NCBI RefSeq assembly: GCF_006345805.1
Contig: NW_021825821.1
Span: forward strand, 434,001-498,000
DNA from: Octopus sinensis
Lineage: Eukaryota
DNA: 64,000 nt
Reading direction: 5' to 3'
Shown here in pieces: positions 38,313-49,511 of this stretch (position 1 is its first letter; each line of letters starts with the position of its first letter). The notes under the pieces were generated by a model that saw only the letters and a program-made list of their open reading frames with translations, ran no database searches and was not told where the DNA came from. A program made the position numbers and the translations under genes.

Positions 38313-40372
38313 AAAGATATATTTTTATTTTGTTTGGAAACTTATTTATCTAATTACACACTCGATCCTCGGGAGGTGGACTGGCTATTACAACGGTTAT
38401 CGATCGCCATTATCCGGGGAAACAGTTTGGCAATCCGCCAGACTACATATATATCGTAAACATGATAATGTGGTCACTAGCAAAAGCATTGGAAACAATG
38501 ACCTTCTACCTCGGAATTTGCACCAGATGATTGAATCACTTATGGAAAGAGTTACCAGCAACCTATCTGATCAGAATAAAGTGATAAAATCTTAAAGTCT
38601 TCAACTTAGAGCTAAATTAAATTAATTAATTTTGTTTCGGGATTATTACTAAGACAAATTTCTAATACAAATTGGAAAGTATAAAGTAAAAAAATATTTT
38701 AGACTTAAAAATTAATTAAAAACGTATAAAATAGCAGAAGAAAGAGTTAAAGATAACCACTGTACAAATAATTATATTTTACATTAATACCTTTGTTTCA
38801 AAATAGCAAACCTGCAAAGCAATAGTACCATAAATTGATAATGAAACAAAATAACTGGTTAAAATTAATGACTAACAAAATATTCGCCGTTTCTTGCATG
38901 ACTATATATTTGAGTTTGTTTTTCGGCAATGAATATGAATATTTTCAATTCAAATAATTTAACAACACCATATTTTGTGAGGTACAGTTTGATAACCAAT
39001 TTTTTTAATTTAGAACGCTTTTCTCATTAAAAAATGAGAGGGAATTAAATAATCCTGACAATGAATACCTATCGTTTGAATGTGGTGACATACTTCAAGT
39101 GATCAGCACAGATGACGATGATTGGTGGATAGCCTGCCACGTTAATTGTAAAAACGAAGAACCTCGTAATTTGCTAATTCCAAGCAATAATAAGTTATTT
39201 ATATTAATTAAGAGCTGCAGAGCCATAAAAATGATGAATTTAAAAAAAGAAAATGCAAATTTGGAATTTTTATTCTCAACAGTAATTATTATTAAAATGT
39301 TTTTAGGTAACATGTGAAAATAATTGTTTCTGTGGTTCATTTCTAAATTTGTCATGCAGAAAATCAAAACAACAGAAAATTTATTTAAAAGGTTTTATAA
39401 TTTTATTAATTAAACAGAAACTTTAAAAAAAGATGCTACGACTGCTTATCTCATCGTCAAGAAAGTCGTAAGCGGTAAGACAAATAGTTAAATTTCAAGA
39501 TCATAAAAGGCCGTTAATCATTTATGGACCTGAGATAAAAAGAATCTGGAAAGATTTGACATTTAGTGAACCGGAAAAATTCGGGATTCCAACAATTTGT
39601 AAAATTATGATTTTTATTTTTTAGATGCTACAGAGGGCAGAAGGAAAAATTTTACAGAAAACAAATACTTAAAGTATATCAGCAATCGGGAATTTGAAAA
39701 TACGAATTTTATCGAAACCACAATATATGGAGAAAAAAAATATGGATTTCCTCTATCAGAAATGTTAAAAATTCATAAAGTAATTTTATAATCTGAAGAA
39801 TAGAAAAATAAAATTTGTTTATTGAATATTTTGCCGGAATCTGCAGTTAATTTAATGAACTATCGAATATACCCAATAATTCTATTTATAAAAATTCCGT
39901 TTTATAATACAGAAAGGTTTCGCTTTATTTAATTTGTCAGTGATACAAAATTTGATATTGAGGGTTTTATGGATCATTTTTTTATTTACGAAAAATATGC
40001 AGATTTATTTACAGGTAGACATTAATGTTTTATTATTTTTAGAAATTTTAGAGGCGTCTGACTATAGGGATATGTTTAGAAAAATAAAGAAATCAATCGA
40101 AAAGCATTACAACAATGATATTTGGGTCTCTATAACCAGAATTTAGTTTTAAATAACCTTGGAATATTTTAATTAACAATATGTTTCTTGTTTGATTTTT
40201 TTATTTAAAAAAGCTAAATCAATGATTAATTTCGCTTGATTAGTATACGTTTATTTCGATACAGCCAATTAAATAAATTTTAGTTTTCTATCTTTTTCAC
40301 AAAATAAAATTTTAGCATCGAGTACAGAAAACTGACGACGTATTTGATGCAAATATAGTTTCATTATAAAAT
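38313..40372 (+). repeat. Segmental duplication copy 2 (paired with 23997-26225)
   Basis: Near-identical to copy 1. Retains a longer CRE 3' end (DPREVDWLLQRLSIAIIRGNSLAIRQ). Confidence 0.95.
38970..40146 (+). CDS. DLG-like MAGUK SH3-GuK module, copy 2; 5' part unresolved
   Basis: Same SH3 and GuK exons as copy 1. A 1-bp indel relative to copy 1 lies just upstream (near 38924), so at least one copy may be truncated or pseudogenised. Confidence 0.7.
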
Positions 40373-40417
40373 CAAATTTGATTATAAAAAGTGCGATTAA
40401 CGTAATAACCGAAAAAG

Positions 40418-41422
40418 CTAAGAATTCCAAAGTTTTATCTGATTCATAATTCGGAGAGCTGGTCCCAGCTTGACCTTAAGACTATTAAGGTGTTCCTCAG
40501 TCAAAAGCTTGAGAGCACAGCCGTCAATGTTCTGCAGACGGAATAACTCGGCATATTGTTCACATAAAGGCACAGATCGAATAAACTCAGCGACCTCATT
40601 CACCTAAAAAAACAATAAATAACTATTCTAACACTCCATTCGATCATTTTTTTGCCAAACAATATTCTAGGCAGTCCTTCCCCATGCCCTCCAATGGAAT
40701 ATTTCTGACCCTCAGCTACCTCAGATTCTTCTTCAGAATTCAAATTAGGGTCAACAAAATCAAGGAGTTCTACATATTCTTGACCGTCAATTTCATGAAA
40801 AATTTTATTTTCAAATTCTGGGCCATCTTGGGTGGAGACACTTCTTCGAGACTTAGCAAAGTCTTCCTTGTCAAATCGATTGGCGGAAGTGATCGAAAGT
40901 GTTTCAGCGTCACTTTCCATCGATATAGTGGTAGACAGGTCATCGCGTGCGTCAAAGACGGAATATTCCGGCTGATTTTTAGTTGTATTATTTCTATGAG
41001 AAGATCCATTTTGAAATGGTTGCGGACAATAATTGCTAGAATGGCCAAAAAATGGGCTGATCGGAAAAAATGTCGAGGAAGGATTTGATGAAAATTCATT
41101 TTGTGAAAAAGGAGGAAAAAAAGGGTTCGGTGATCTTAGGATCTAAGTAATTGTAATAGGATAGGATTTTACTGTGAATGGATCTCTAATGACGTCAAAG
41201 GGTAAAAATTTCATTTGATGGGGCCATCCGAAAGGCATAGGGACTGCAGATGATTAATGATAGTAAACATGTGTTTAGAGAGACGGGAAAGTATGGCAGG
41301 AAAGTCTGAGGATTCGAGGTTAAAGACTGTTCAGGTGTGCCAATATTCTCAGAGATTGAACTGCAATTAATTTCCTGTGGTAATTATATAATAAATGTTG
41401 TCATTACTTTATTATTTGACAT
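40418..41422 (-). CDS. SAM-domain protein (polyhomeotic/SAMD7/SAMD11-like C-terminal SAM)
   Basis: MIEWSV|xEVAEFIRSVPLCEQYAELFRLQNIDGCALKLLTEEHLNSLKVKLGPALRI is a polyhomeotic-type SAM. Upstream exons are Pro/Ser/acidic low complexity; start tentative. Confidence 0.7.
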
Positions 41423-41875
41423 TAATGTATATTGAAAAAGAATAACAAGGAACTATCGATGTATGGAATTGATTTTAATTTGATTAAAAATTATTACATT
41501 TAAATTATTAAACAAAAATTCACACTCTGGTGTTTGATAATCTGAAATATTTTTTAGTTAATTTCTGGCTTACCCTGGTCCTTTGGTCAATAAAATGTCT
41601 TTAAATATTTTTAAATGTCCCAATAATGAATTTATCAAGTATTATAGCAAAATAATTCACGAAATATTTTTATTTAACAGTATATTTATTACTATTGTTT
41701 TACCATCTGTAATGTGAATACATTAATTTATTAGCTTTTTTAAAAAAAGGATTTAATGTGAGGTCAAATGATTTATCCAGACTGTTAAAATAATCGAGAA
41801 TTTATAGAAAAATGGGGATCCTGTAGCTTTTCTAGAGGATCTCGGTAGCAATCCTGAGAAAGAACTGCATAGATA

Positions 41876-43330
41876 CAGTGCTGGTGGAAAAAAACCGGTT
41901 TTAAGTTACTAAGTTTTTTTAGATTATAGCTATTAATTTTCCAAATCAAATAAAGAGTTTGAAGTTGATTATATGTATAATTTTTTTTACTTTTAAAAAT
42001 TTCAATAATCGGCGAAAATTTACAAAATTTGAATTTTAGCATGTGAATAAAAAACCGGTTTTAACAAAAAGAGTTAACAAAATCAACAGTTAGTATGTTG
42101 TGTGGTATCCTCGATTAATAAATAGCTCGTATGACCTTTTAGGCATACTATCAATTAATTTCCAAATATTTTCAGATGCCAATTCGTTCCAAATTTTCAT
42201 TAATTTGACTTCGAGATCAAGTTTATTTTTTGCAAGATCTAATGAATAATTTTGCTTCATCATGCTCCAAACATGTTCCATTGGGTTCATGTCTGGAGAT
42301 TGCGGAGCCCAATCAAGAATTGGAACTTTATTTTCTTCAAAAAACTTGGTTGGCAACGCAGATTGATGACAGGGAGCCAACTCTTGTTGGAAAGTGAACT
42401 GATTTAGTCCCATTTTTCGCGCCGAAACAAACAAATTATTCGTTATTACATTTATATATTTAGCGGAATTGAGTGTTTCATTAACAAAAACTAAATTGCC
42501 CACTCCTTGATAGAAGATACAGCCCCAAACCATAACACTACCTCCACCAAATTTTACTGTCGGTGTTATATTGCTCAATTCATAACATGAAATTTTTTTT
42601 CGATAACAGTATTGCCTTTTTCAATATGAAAAATCTGAAAAGATGCTTCATCGGCGAAAATAATAGTTTTCCATGCGTCATTGTTCATCCGAATAAAAAT
42701 TTTTGACAATTCACATCTTTTTATTATGTTTTTCTTCGAAAGCAACGGTTTACGTTGACATACTCTCCGAAAAGAAAATTTGAATTTAAATAAGTTCCAA
42801 TTGTCTTTCTACAGACACTCTTACCAGTTAAATGTTTTATTTCATTTCTCAACGTGTTAGAAAATTTTTTTGGATCGCACTCAATAAGATGTAATAGGAT
42901 TTCAATGTCTGTTTTCGGAAGCTTTTTGTGACGTCCGGAATCAGAAATCCTATCAGCAGTTCCATATTTTTTGAATTTTCGAAAAAAATCTCCGATTGTC
43001 GATTTTAAAGTATTTAGATGTTTTGCGATATCTTTGATCGTTCAATTTAACTCAAAAAGAGCAAGGATCTTTCCTTTAATTATTGAATTTAACATTTGCT
43101 TATAAAACTTAAAATTCAACAAATAAAATATCATTCAATAAATCAAACCGGTTTTTTATTCACACGCAAAAATTTAAATCTTCAAAATTTTAAACGATTA
43201 ATGAAATTTTTTATAAACAAAAAAATTATAAATCTAATAAACTCCAAAGAGTTCAATTAAGTTGGAAAATTGAATGCTATCTGCCAAAAAAACTTAGTAA
43301 CTGCAAAACCGGTTTTTTCCACCAGCACTG
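41876..43330 (-). mobile_element. Tc1/mariner DNA transposon (IR/DR type), defective transposase
   Basis: ~200-bp TIRs beginning CAGTGCTGGTGGAAAAAAACCGGTTTT, flanked by TA (41874-75, 43331-32). Transposase HTH-GR, VMVWGCI, QQELAPCH and SPDMNPMEHVW. Internal stop and frameshifts. Confidence 0.95.
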
Positions 43331-43809
43331 TATCCTCGGCACAACCAAGTCGATATTCCTGGAATAAAGCAATAAAATTTATACAAGAGGACCGTACGAA
43401 TAAAAAAATTTCATTAATAGATGTCTTATTTTTACTGATGTTTTTGATGTGGCAACCTCCACAAATCTGAAAGATAACAAAAATAACAGCAATTTTGATC
43501 AAAATATCTTCTTAGATTGCCGAAATCTCCGAGATATCCGTAATGTCGTGTTTCGATAGAATCATAATAATCGTAAGTTTAGTTATGACTGGCCGCACCT
43601 CAGAAAAGACTTAATTATTCGTATTACAATCAAACTCCTCTAAACTGATTCCTCTCAGAACCGGCAAAATTGTCCGGTATAGATGGGAAGCCGGTATATT
43701 GAACAAGTCATCGCCTTACTTTTATGATGGTTACACTGTTTCCGTTGACGATTAAAAACATTTTTTTCTCAAATATGAAAATAACCCTATTTCAGCCACT
43801 TTTATGAGG

Positions 43810-44000
43810 AGTTTGCTTCAAAGCTGGATCGAAAACGAGTTCCTTCGGAGTATGGCTATTTCAATCCTTTGTTTTAGCCATAACCCTTCTCGTTGATCCC
43901 TTTTTTCTATGGTAAGCATTCCTCCGAGTTCGTGCAAGAACTCAGCAGTCTTTGGGCAACGGCTTCCGATGACTCGGCCGCCACAGAGGTAAATCTGTAG
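43810..44000 (-). mobile_element. CRE 3'-end fragment
   Basis: GVIG-like...AEFLHELGG...WLKQRIEIAILRRNSFSI matches the RLE C-terminus of the other CRE copies. Confidence 0.7.
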
Positions 44001-44284
44001 CAGGAACCTGATAGATGTAATTTCTAGTTTTCTTTCACCTTTGATTATTGACAATCATTAAATCTGGATGGCCAATATAGTATATTTTAAATCAGTTAAT
44101 TTTATTTTAAATTTGTCAGCCGTTGACACAGTTTTTAAATCCACATAAATTGGTATTATTGCCAACCAATGTAAAATATTTAACTCAACGAATCAAGACT
44201 ATTTTATTAGTATAATTATCAGGAAAAATGTCCATTTGTGTTAAACTGGTTAGTTATTTGGCTCAGATTTAATTTGCAGTGCAC

Positions 44285-45264
44285 TCAAGGGTGGGAGCTA
44301 AATTTGAATGCAGGAAATAAACCCGGTCTTTCACAAACAAAAGGCAACCTCCTGTCGCAATCATGGGTGTCCCACACTCCTTCATTTCCTAAAATAGTTC
44401 CACATTTTCTGTATTTATCATTGACAAAATCATCTTTAAAATTTACGAATTTCTAAATTAGAATTTACAAAATTACCTGTCTACGGTTGTACGAATCGTG
44501 AAAGTCTTTTCCTTCATAATGAAACTTGTTGAGTCCAAAATAGGCACGTGGAACTTTTTTTGGTGTAAGAAATTCGTCTAAACGTGAGTATGCAAATGAA
44601 AACCAAGTATAAATTTATTTATTACTGGTGAATCGATGACCGCCAAATCTCCACCAATATCACGACAGTAATGACGGGCATCTGAATATTTCTCTGGATA
44701 TTTTTTTTCCAAAGAGTAGCATTTTTTGTCAAGACAGATGTTATGTTCTGAAATTAAAAACAAAGTGTAACTAGGGAATTCGCATAAAAATGCCATTTTC
44801 GTTGAACAAGTATTGTCGTTCCATTCCCCATTGGTGTGGTACATGTGAACGCAGTTTTCATTTCCGTTATTATTACTTGGTTGTCCTTTGTGCCAGTTAA
44901 AAAATGTCTGACAAATAAATAACGCATCACACTTGTTGATGTCCGTAACTGTTAACGAACTGGCCCTCTCTCTTCATGTCATTTATTCCAATGTAAATGT
45001 TGTCATAGTATGGTCTATAGAAATTATCTTTGCATTATAGTTTTAGAACTACAAACCAACAAGGAATTTGTTGGTCTTAGAGTCAGGGACAACCGCCAAG
45101 TCCCCTCCAATAAATCGACAATACTTTTCAGCGTCGAAAAAACCCATTTTATGTTTAAACAAAGTGTAGCACTTTGAATTGAGGCACATTTGACCCCCTG
45201 GATTTATTAGTGAGTAACTACCTTCCTCTGTCCATGCCGTTAACAAAATTACAAGTAAAAACAT
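44285..45264 (-). CDS. Secreted protein with two tandem C-type lectin domains, copy A
   Basis: Signal MFLLVILLTAWT. CTLD1: CYTLF...AEKYCRFIGGDLA, IYIGIND, FNWHKGQPSNNNGNENCV, WNDNTC, FLCE. CTLD2: CYSL...ARHYCRDIGGDLA, WDTHDC, FVCE. Stop TGA at 44285. Introns 24-29 nt. Confidence 0.9.
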
Positions 45265-45752
45265 TTTCTACACCTCTTTTTCAGGGTTTATATATTCTTG
45301 TACACACCTGTTGTAACCTTTGATTTATTTCAATATGTATACAGCTGTCAATTGAAACATTTGTTCGAGGACAATATTTCTAAATTTAATAATTGTTTAG
45401 ATATTTTACTAGCAATGAGTCACAAGTTGATGAATAAAAGATATTTTCAATGTTGGGGAGTTGAATTTGAAATCACTACAGTCAGGGCCCTCTAAACCGA
45501 TTCCTATTAGGACCTACAGAATTGTCCGGTATAGAAAGGAGGCCGGTATATTGAAAAAGTCATTAAATTTATTTATAACGAGAAATGAAATAATAAAATT
45601 AATAGAATTCTGTCATTAAGGATTGCCTCGTATTTAGCTTCAATTCAGCAATAGCTTTATTGTTTAGATAGATCAGTCTGTTGACGGGATCGAGTAATAC
45701 AGGGTCTTAACTTTAAGCAAGCAACAAATTTGGTCTAGAATTTGTTTATATT

Positions 45753-47505
45753 TGTCGTAAGTTATAATGTCTAAACCCGTTCTAAGTGTCCGGAGTGATA
45801 AATCGGATTTATCACTCCAAATCATCTAAATGCATAGAAAACTAGAAAGAAAAAAGTAAGCAATTGGGTGGCTAAGGGAATTGTCGAGGGCCTGAGGGTC
45901 AGCTCAACGATGCCGCGCTGCGTATTGAGTGGCAGAAATTCTTAATGATTACTTTTGTTAATTCAATAATTTTTTAATTATTAAAATTTGAAAAAATTAA
46001 CTCTGTTAACAAGAACGCGGAAATTAACAAAGAAATTTTCATCAATCAGGTGATTGAGCGTCATATCAGGTGATTGAGCGTCATAGTAATGAACATAAAA
46101 ATGTAAGATTACTCTATGCGAATTTTTTTCACATTAACCTCAATTAATTCAATTCAAATCCTTTAGTTTTATAACTATTTGTTGATTGCTAAAAAGACTA
46201 TAAAATTAGATATTGACTAAATCGAAAACCGAAACTAAACATAAAAATAGATAATAAAATTTACAAACATTGTCCTAAACAGTCTCGTATAATATAAATT
46301 CAGTTTTCAACAGAGTCTGTATTCAACCGCTACATGTGATTCTGTGCAAACTCTTCCGGTCCTTATTTATGTGACGAAAAGGGTTTAGACGAGATGACCT
46401 TCTTCCAGTATAGAAGCAACGTCTCCTATGTCGAATAAAACAAAGCAAAAGTTACTTATATTATGAAACAATTTTTAAAGAAACATACAATTGATTGAAT
46501 ATAAAATGAAAATGTAATTTATATCGGAGTTATTTTCCAATCATCAAAAAGTTTTGAAACTTCTTTGTTGCGGAATTCCTTTCCATTGTCCGAATGAAGA
46601 TAAATTGGAAGACCGACAGTCTGGAATAAACTCTCAATTGCATTATAGATGCTTTGTGATGTTTTATTCTCTAACGCGAATGACCATGCAAACTTTGTGT
46701 ATGCATCGATGACAGTAAGTATCCATTTAAAATTGTCATTATTTGCAGAATACCGCCTTAGATCTATACAGTCGGCGATAAATCTTTCGTATTTTTTTTC
46801 CACAGAAATCATTCTGATATTTTCACAAGTAGTTAAAGAGTTAAATGATTGGCACGGTATGCATTTTGATACAAAATCACGAATTATACATTGTTGAATT
46901 CCAATATATTTTTGAGAAATTAGATAACACATTTTATTGAACCCAGGATGTCCTTCATTATGTTCATCACAAAGAATAGATTGAATCCTTTCATGTTCAA
47001 AAGGACATATAACAATTTTATGTGTTCCTGATTTGGAATAAGAGAATAATTGATCGTCTGCAAAATGAAGAGTTTTACACTTTCTTCGAATTGTTCGCTT
47101 TTTGGTTTCTGTCATTCCAGGTTCATATTTTTTAGACAATAGATATAGTAAAATAGAATCATATTCTCCTTTGCTATTGATGTGTATCGAGCGCACCATG
47201 AACAGTTTAAAAAACGTGAAACTGTTAAATAAAAATTTAAACTTTTTAATATAAAAATCCAAAAAAATATAGACATTTTATCCCCAATTCGACCCATTTC
47301 CTATCTAATTCAACAAAAATAAAATTTCAATTTTTTTGCCTACCAGAAAAACATGCGGGTACATTTTACCAATAATTTCATCCGTATCCCCGTATAGGAC
47401 GTTATTTAACCAAAATTAAGCGACACAAATAAATTTATTCCCAAAATAAATCCGATTTATCACTCCGGACACTTAGAACTGGCCCGGACGCTATAACTTA
47501 CGACA
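45753..47505 (-). mobile_element. Ginger-type (Gypsy-integrase-related) DNA transposon with TIRs
   Basis: TGT...ACA termini, ~60-bp imperfect TIRs (TGTCGTAAGTTATA...GTTCTAAGTGTCCGGAGTGATAAATCGGATTTAT) and 5-bp TSD ATATT (45748-52, 47506-10). ORF 46519-47262 has an HHCC zinc finger plus rve core (ADCIDL, VIDAYTK, LHSDNGKEF). No RT; the 3' part is decayed. Confidence 0.88.
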
Positions 47506-47509
47506 ATAT

Positions 47510-48700
47510 TTGTGGATGTTAATTTCTCTATATGTTTTGGCTTTGTCTGCTTATCAGAATCTGAGTCACTGTCATTATCTTCAGAAGCTGAGACTGTTTG
47601 GCATTGCTCAACTAGGGATGATTCCCAATCTTTGGGATTTTCAGTGAGTAATTCCAAGTCTAAGTTGATAAATTCTACTTCTGTCATTGGATTATCGACT
47701 AGTCTATTCATGAGGGGTATAAAAAGTAAATTTTTTTAGGATTGTGGTTTATATAATATATTTTGACCGGAATGCCACAGTTATTAAATCTGAAAGAGAT
47801 TGTGTTTGATTTCACGTCAATTCAAACCGTGCTAAGCTGTGCTAATCTACCGGATACCATCCAAGAGAGAAATTTTTGGATGTTATCGATTTATTCATTC
47901 TTTTAATTTTCTTCTTTAAGGACAATTCGCAGCGTAATCGTTTTCTTTGCGAGGCTATCATCTTTTGGGTTTTGATTTTTTGTCAAGTTGTTCGCAATAT
48001 CGTTGTTTGTAATTACAATAATAGTCTGTTGTTCGAGTTCCTCATTAAAAAAGACAACCTAAAGTTGTGAACTTTAAATCATCATTGGAAATTTTCATAA
48101 ACTGTCAAAAAACTATATTTTTTTATATGGTAATGATTTTTTGCCGAAATCTAGATTTGACGGGTGTGCTATATTTCTCACAGAAGAATTAAAGTTATCC
48201 GAAATTTCTTATGATTGTGCCTTTTTAGTTGATAAAAAATAATTTGGATAGTCACACTGTACGTTGACTACCAGAAAATGCAATATTACTACTTGTGTTA
48301 CCTGGTGATGTTAGAGTTTGGAAAGAACAGAATATCTTCCAGGGGTCCACTACTCACAATCTTCTTTTTACGGAAATTACATCTAAACAGCGCGCAATTA
48401 CGGTGTAAAAGCATCATATTCTAAAAACTTATTTATTCAAGTATTGTCGGAATGGAACCCAAACTGTGGCTCACTCAAATATGATATTCGTCGGCTTTTT
48501 GTGCCAAATATGACATTCTTTCGTTATTCGATGGCTCCTTTCAATTCGGGGTCAATAAATAACTCTATAAGTTGTAAGCTCTTGTTGGTATGAATAATCC
48601 ACGTGGAATGTGTGGACCTTGTCTCACGATTGTACAAATTAGAGTCAGAATCACGAATTAGAGAATTGACATTTTTTGCAATAATTTGTTTTCCTTTTGT
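47510..48700 (-). other. Possible uncharacterised multi-exon gene with an acidic C-terminal region, divergent from FGFR1OP2
   Basis: Several short open stretches with plausible GT-AG boundaries and an acidic tract (SEDNDSDSDSD, ORF 47460-47711) that runs into the Ginger end. No consistent splice model or domain found. Confidence 0.25.
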
Positions 48701-48791
48701 TTTGTAATAAATTTAAGGATAATTTTAAATTAATTTTGTTTCAAAATAGCATCTTAAAATTCTTTTGTGACGCTAATATACTGGAAAATAA

Positions 48792-49429
48792 ATGGAGAGA
48801 AAAATCAACCAAATGATTTCAAAACTAAAAATAACTACTGAAAATCAAAAAAAATGTCAGGAAAGGGTTCGAACGTGGTCGCAGAAGTATACTGATCTAC
48901 TAACAGATTTTGATCGACCGCGACAGGTCGTAGTAAAGGAGACTAATACGATAGATTTCAGAATCTGATCTTATTTTAATTTCAAAAGCGGGAGGCAGTC
49001 AATGGGAGACACTCCTCTCTGATTTTCCCTATGAAAACAAGACAATTAAATTTCTTGAGAATGAAAATAAAGAAATGCAATGTTTTATTGCCGAATCCAC
49101 TGCAACCATCGAGACTGTAATGAAAGACTACAGGGAAAAAATGATGTCATCATTTTCCCAAAAAGTTCCATATAGTCCAGATAATGAAGTAAATTCAAAT
49201 ATTATCGAGGTCCTATTTTTTACTAATTAAATTAATTATTAAGAATAATTAATATTTAATTATTTAGAATATGAATAATTCAAATATTAAGAGTTTGCTA
49301 CAAGTATCTAAGGATTATTTGAAATGTGAAGACAACAGAGCACTTTTTCTCCAAGCAGAGATGAGAAGACTGGAAGTTGAAAATCAAAATTTGTATCTCA
49401 TGGCACAGACAGCCTCAGAGTTTTTTTAG
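48792..49429 (+). CDS. FGFR1OP2: FGFR1OP2/SIKE family coiled-coil protein (STRIPAK component), 3 exons
   Basis: MERKINQMISKLK...RPRQ|(28-nt intron)ISESDL...ENKTIKFLENENKEMQCFIAESTATIETVMKDYREKMM...|...EMRRLEVENQNLYLMAQTASEFF. Matches the family segments ENxxIxxLxxENKE...IMxKYRE and LExENxxL. Confidence 0.75.
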
Positions 49430-49511
49430 TACTAATTCGTTCAATGTTTAATAATTAATGTTTATTGAGTTCAGAAGTTTTATTTTAATTTAATTATTAC
49501 CTATCTTAATA

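Noticed and set aside
43069-43080. TGA at a Trp-equivalent position in the Tc1 transposase, suggesting an alternative genetic code
   Set aside because: Host genes translate cleanly with the standard code and use TGA as a stop (INPP5E, lectins); this is pseudogene decay. Position approximate.
48855-48930. GGTTCGAAC tRNA-like motif
   Set aside because: Fully explained as exon 1 coding sequence of FGFR1OP2.
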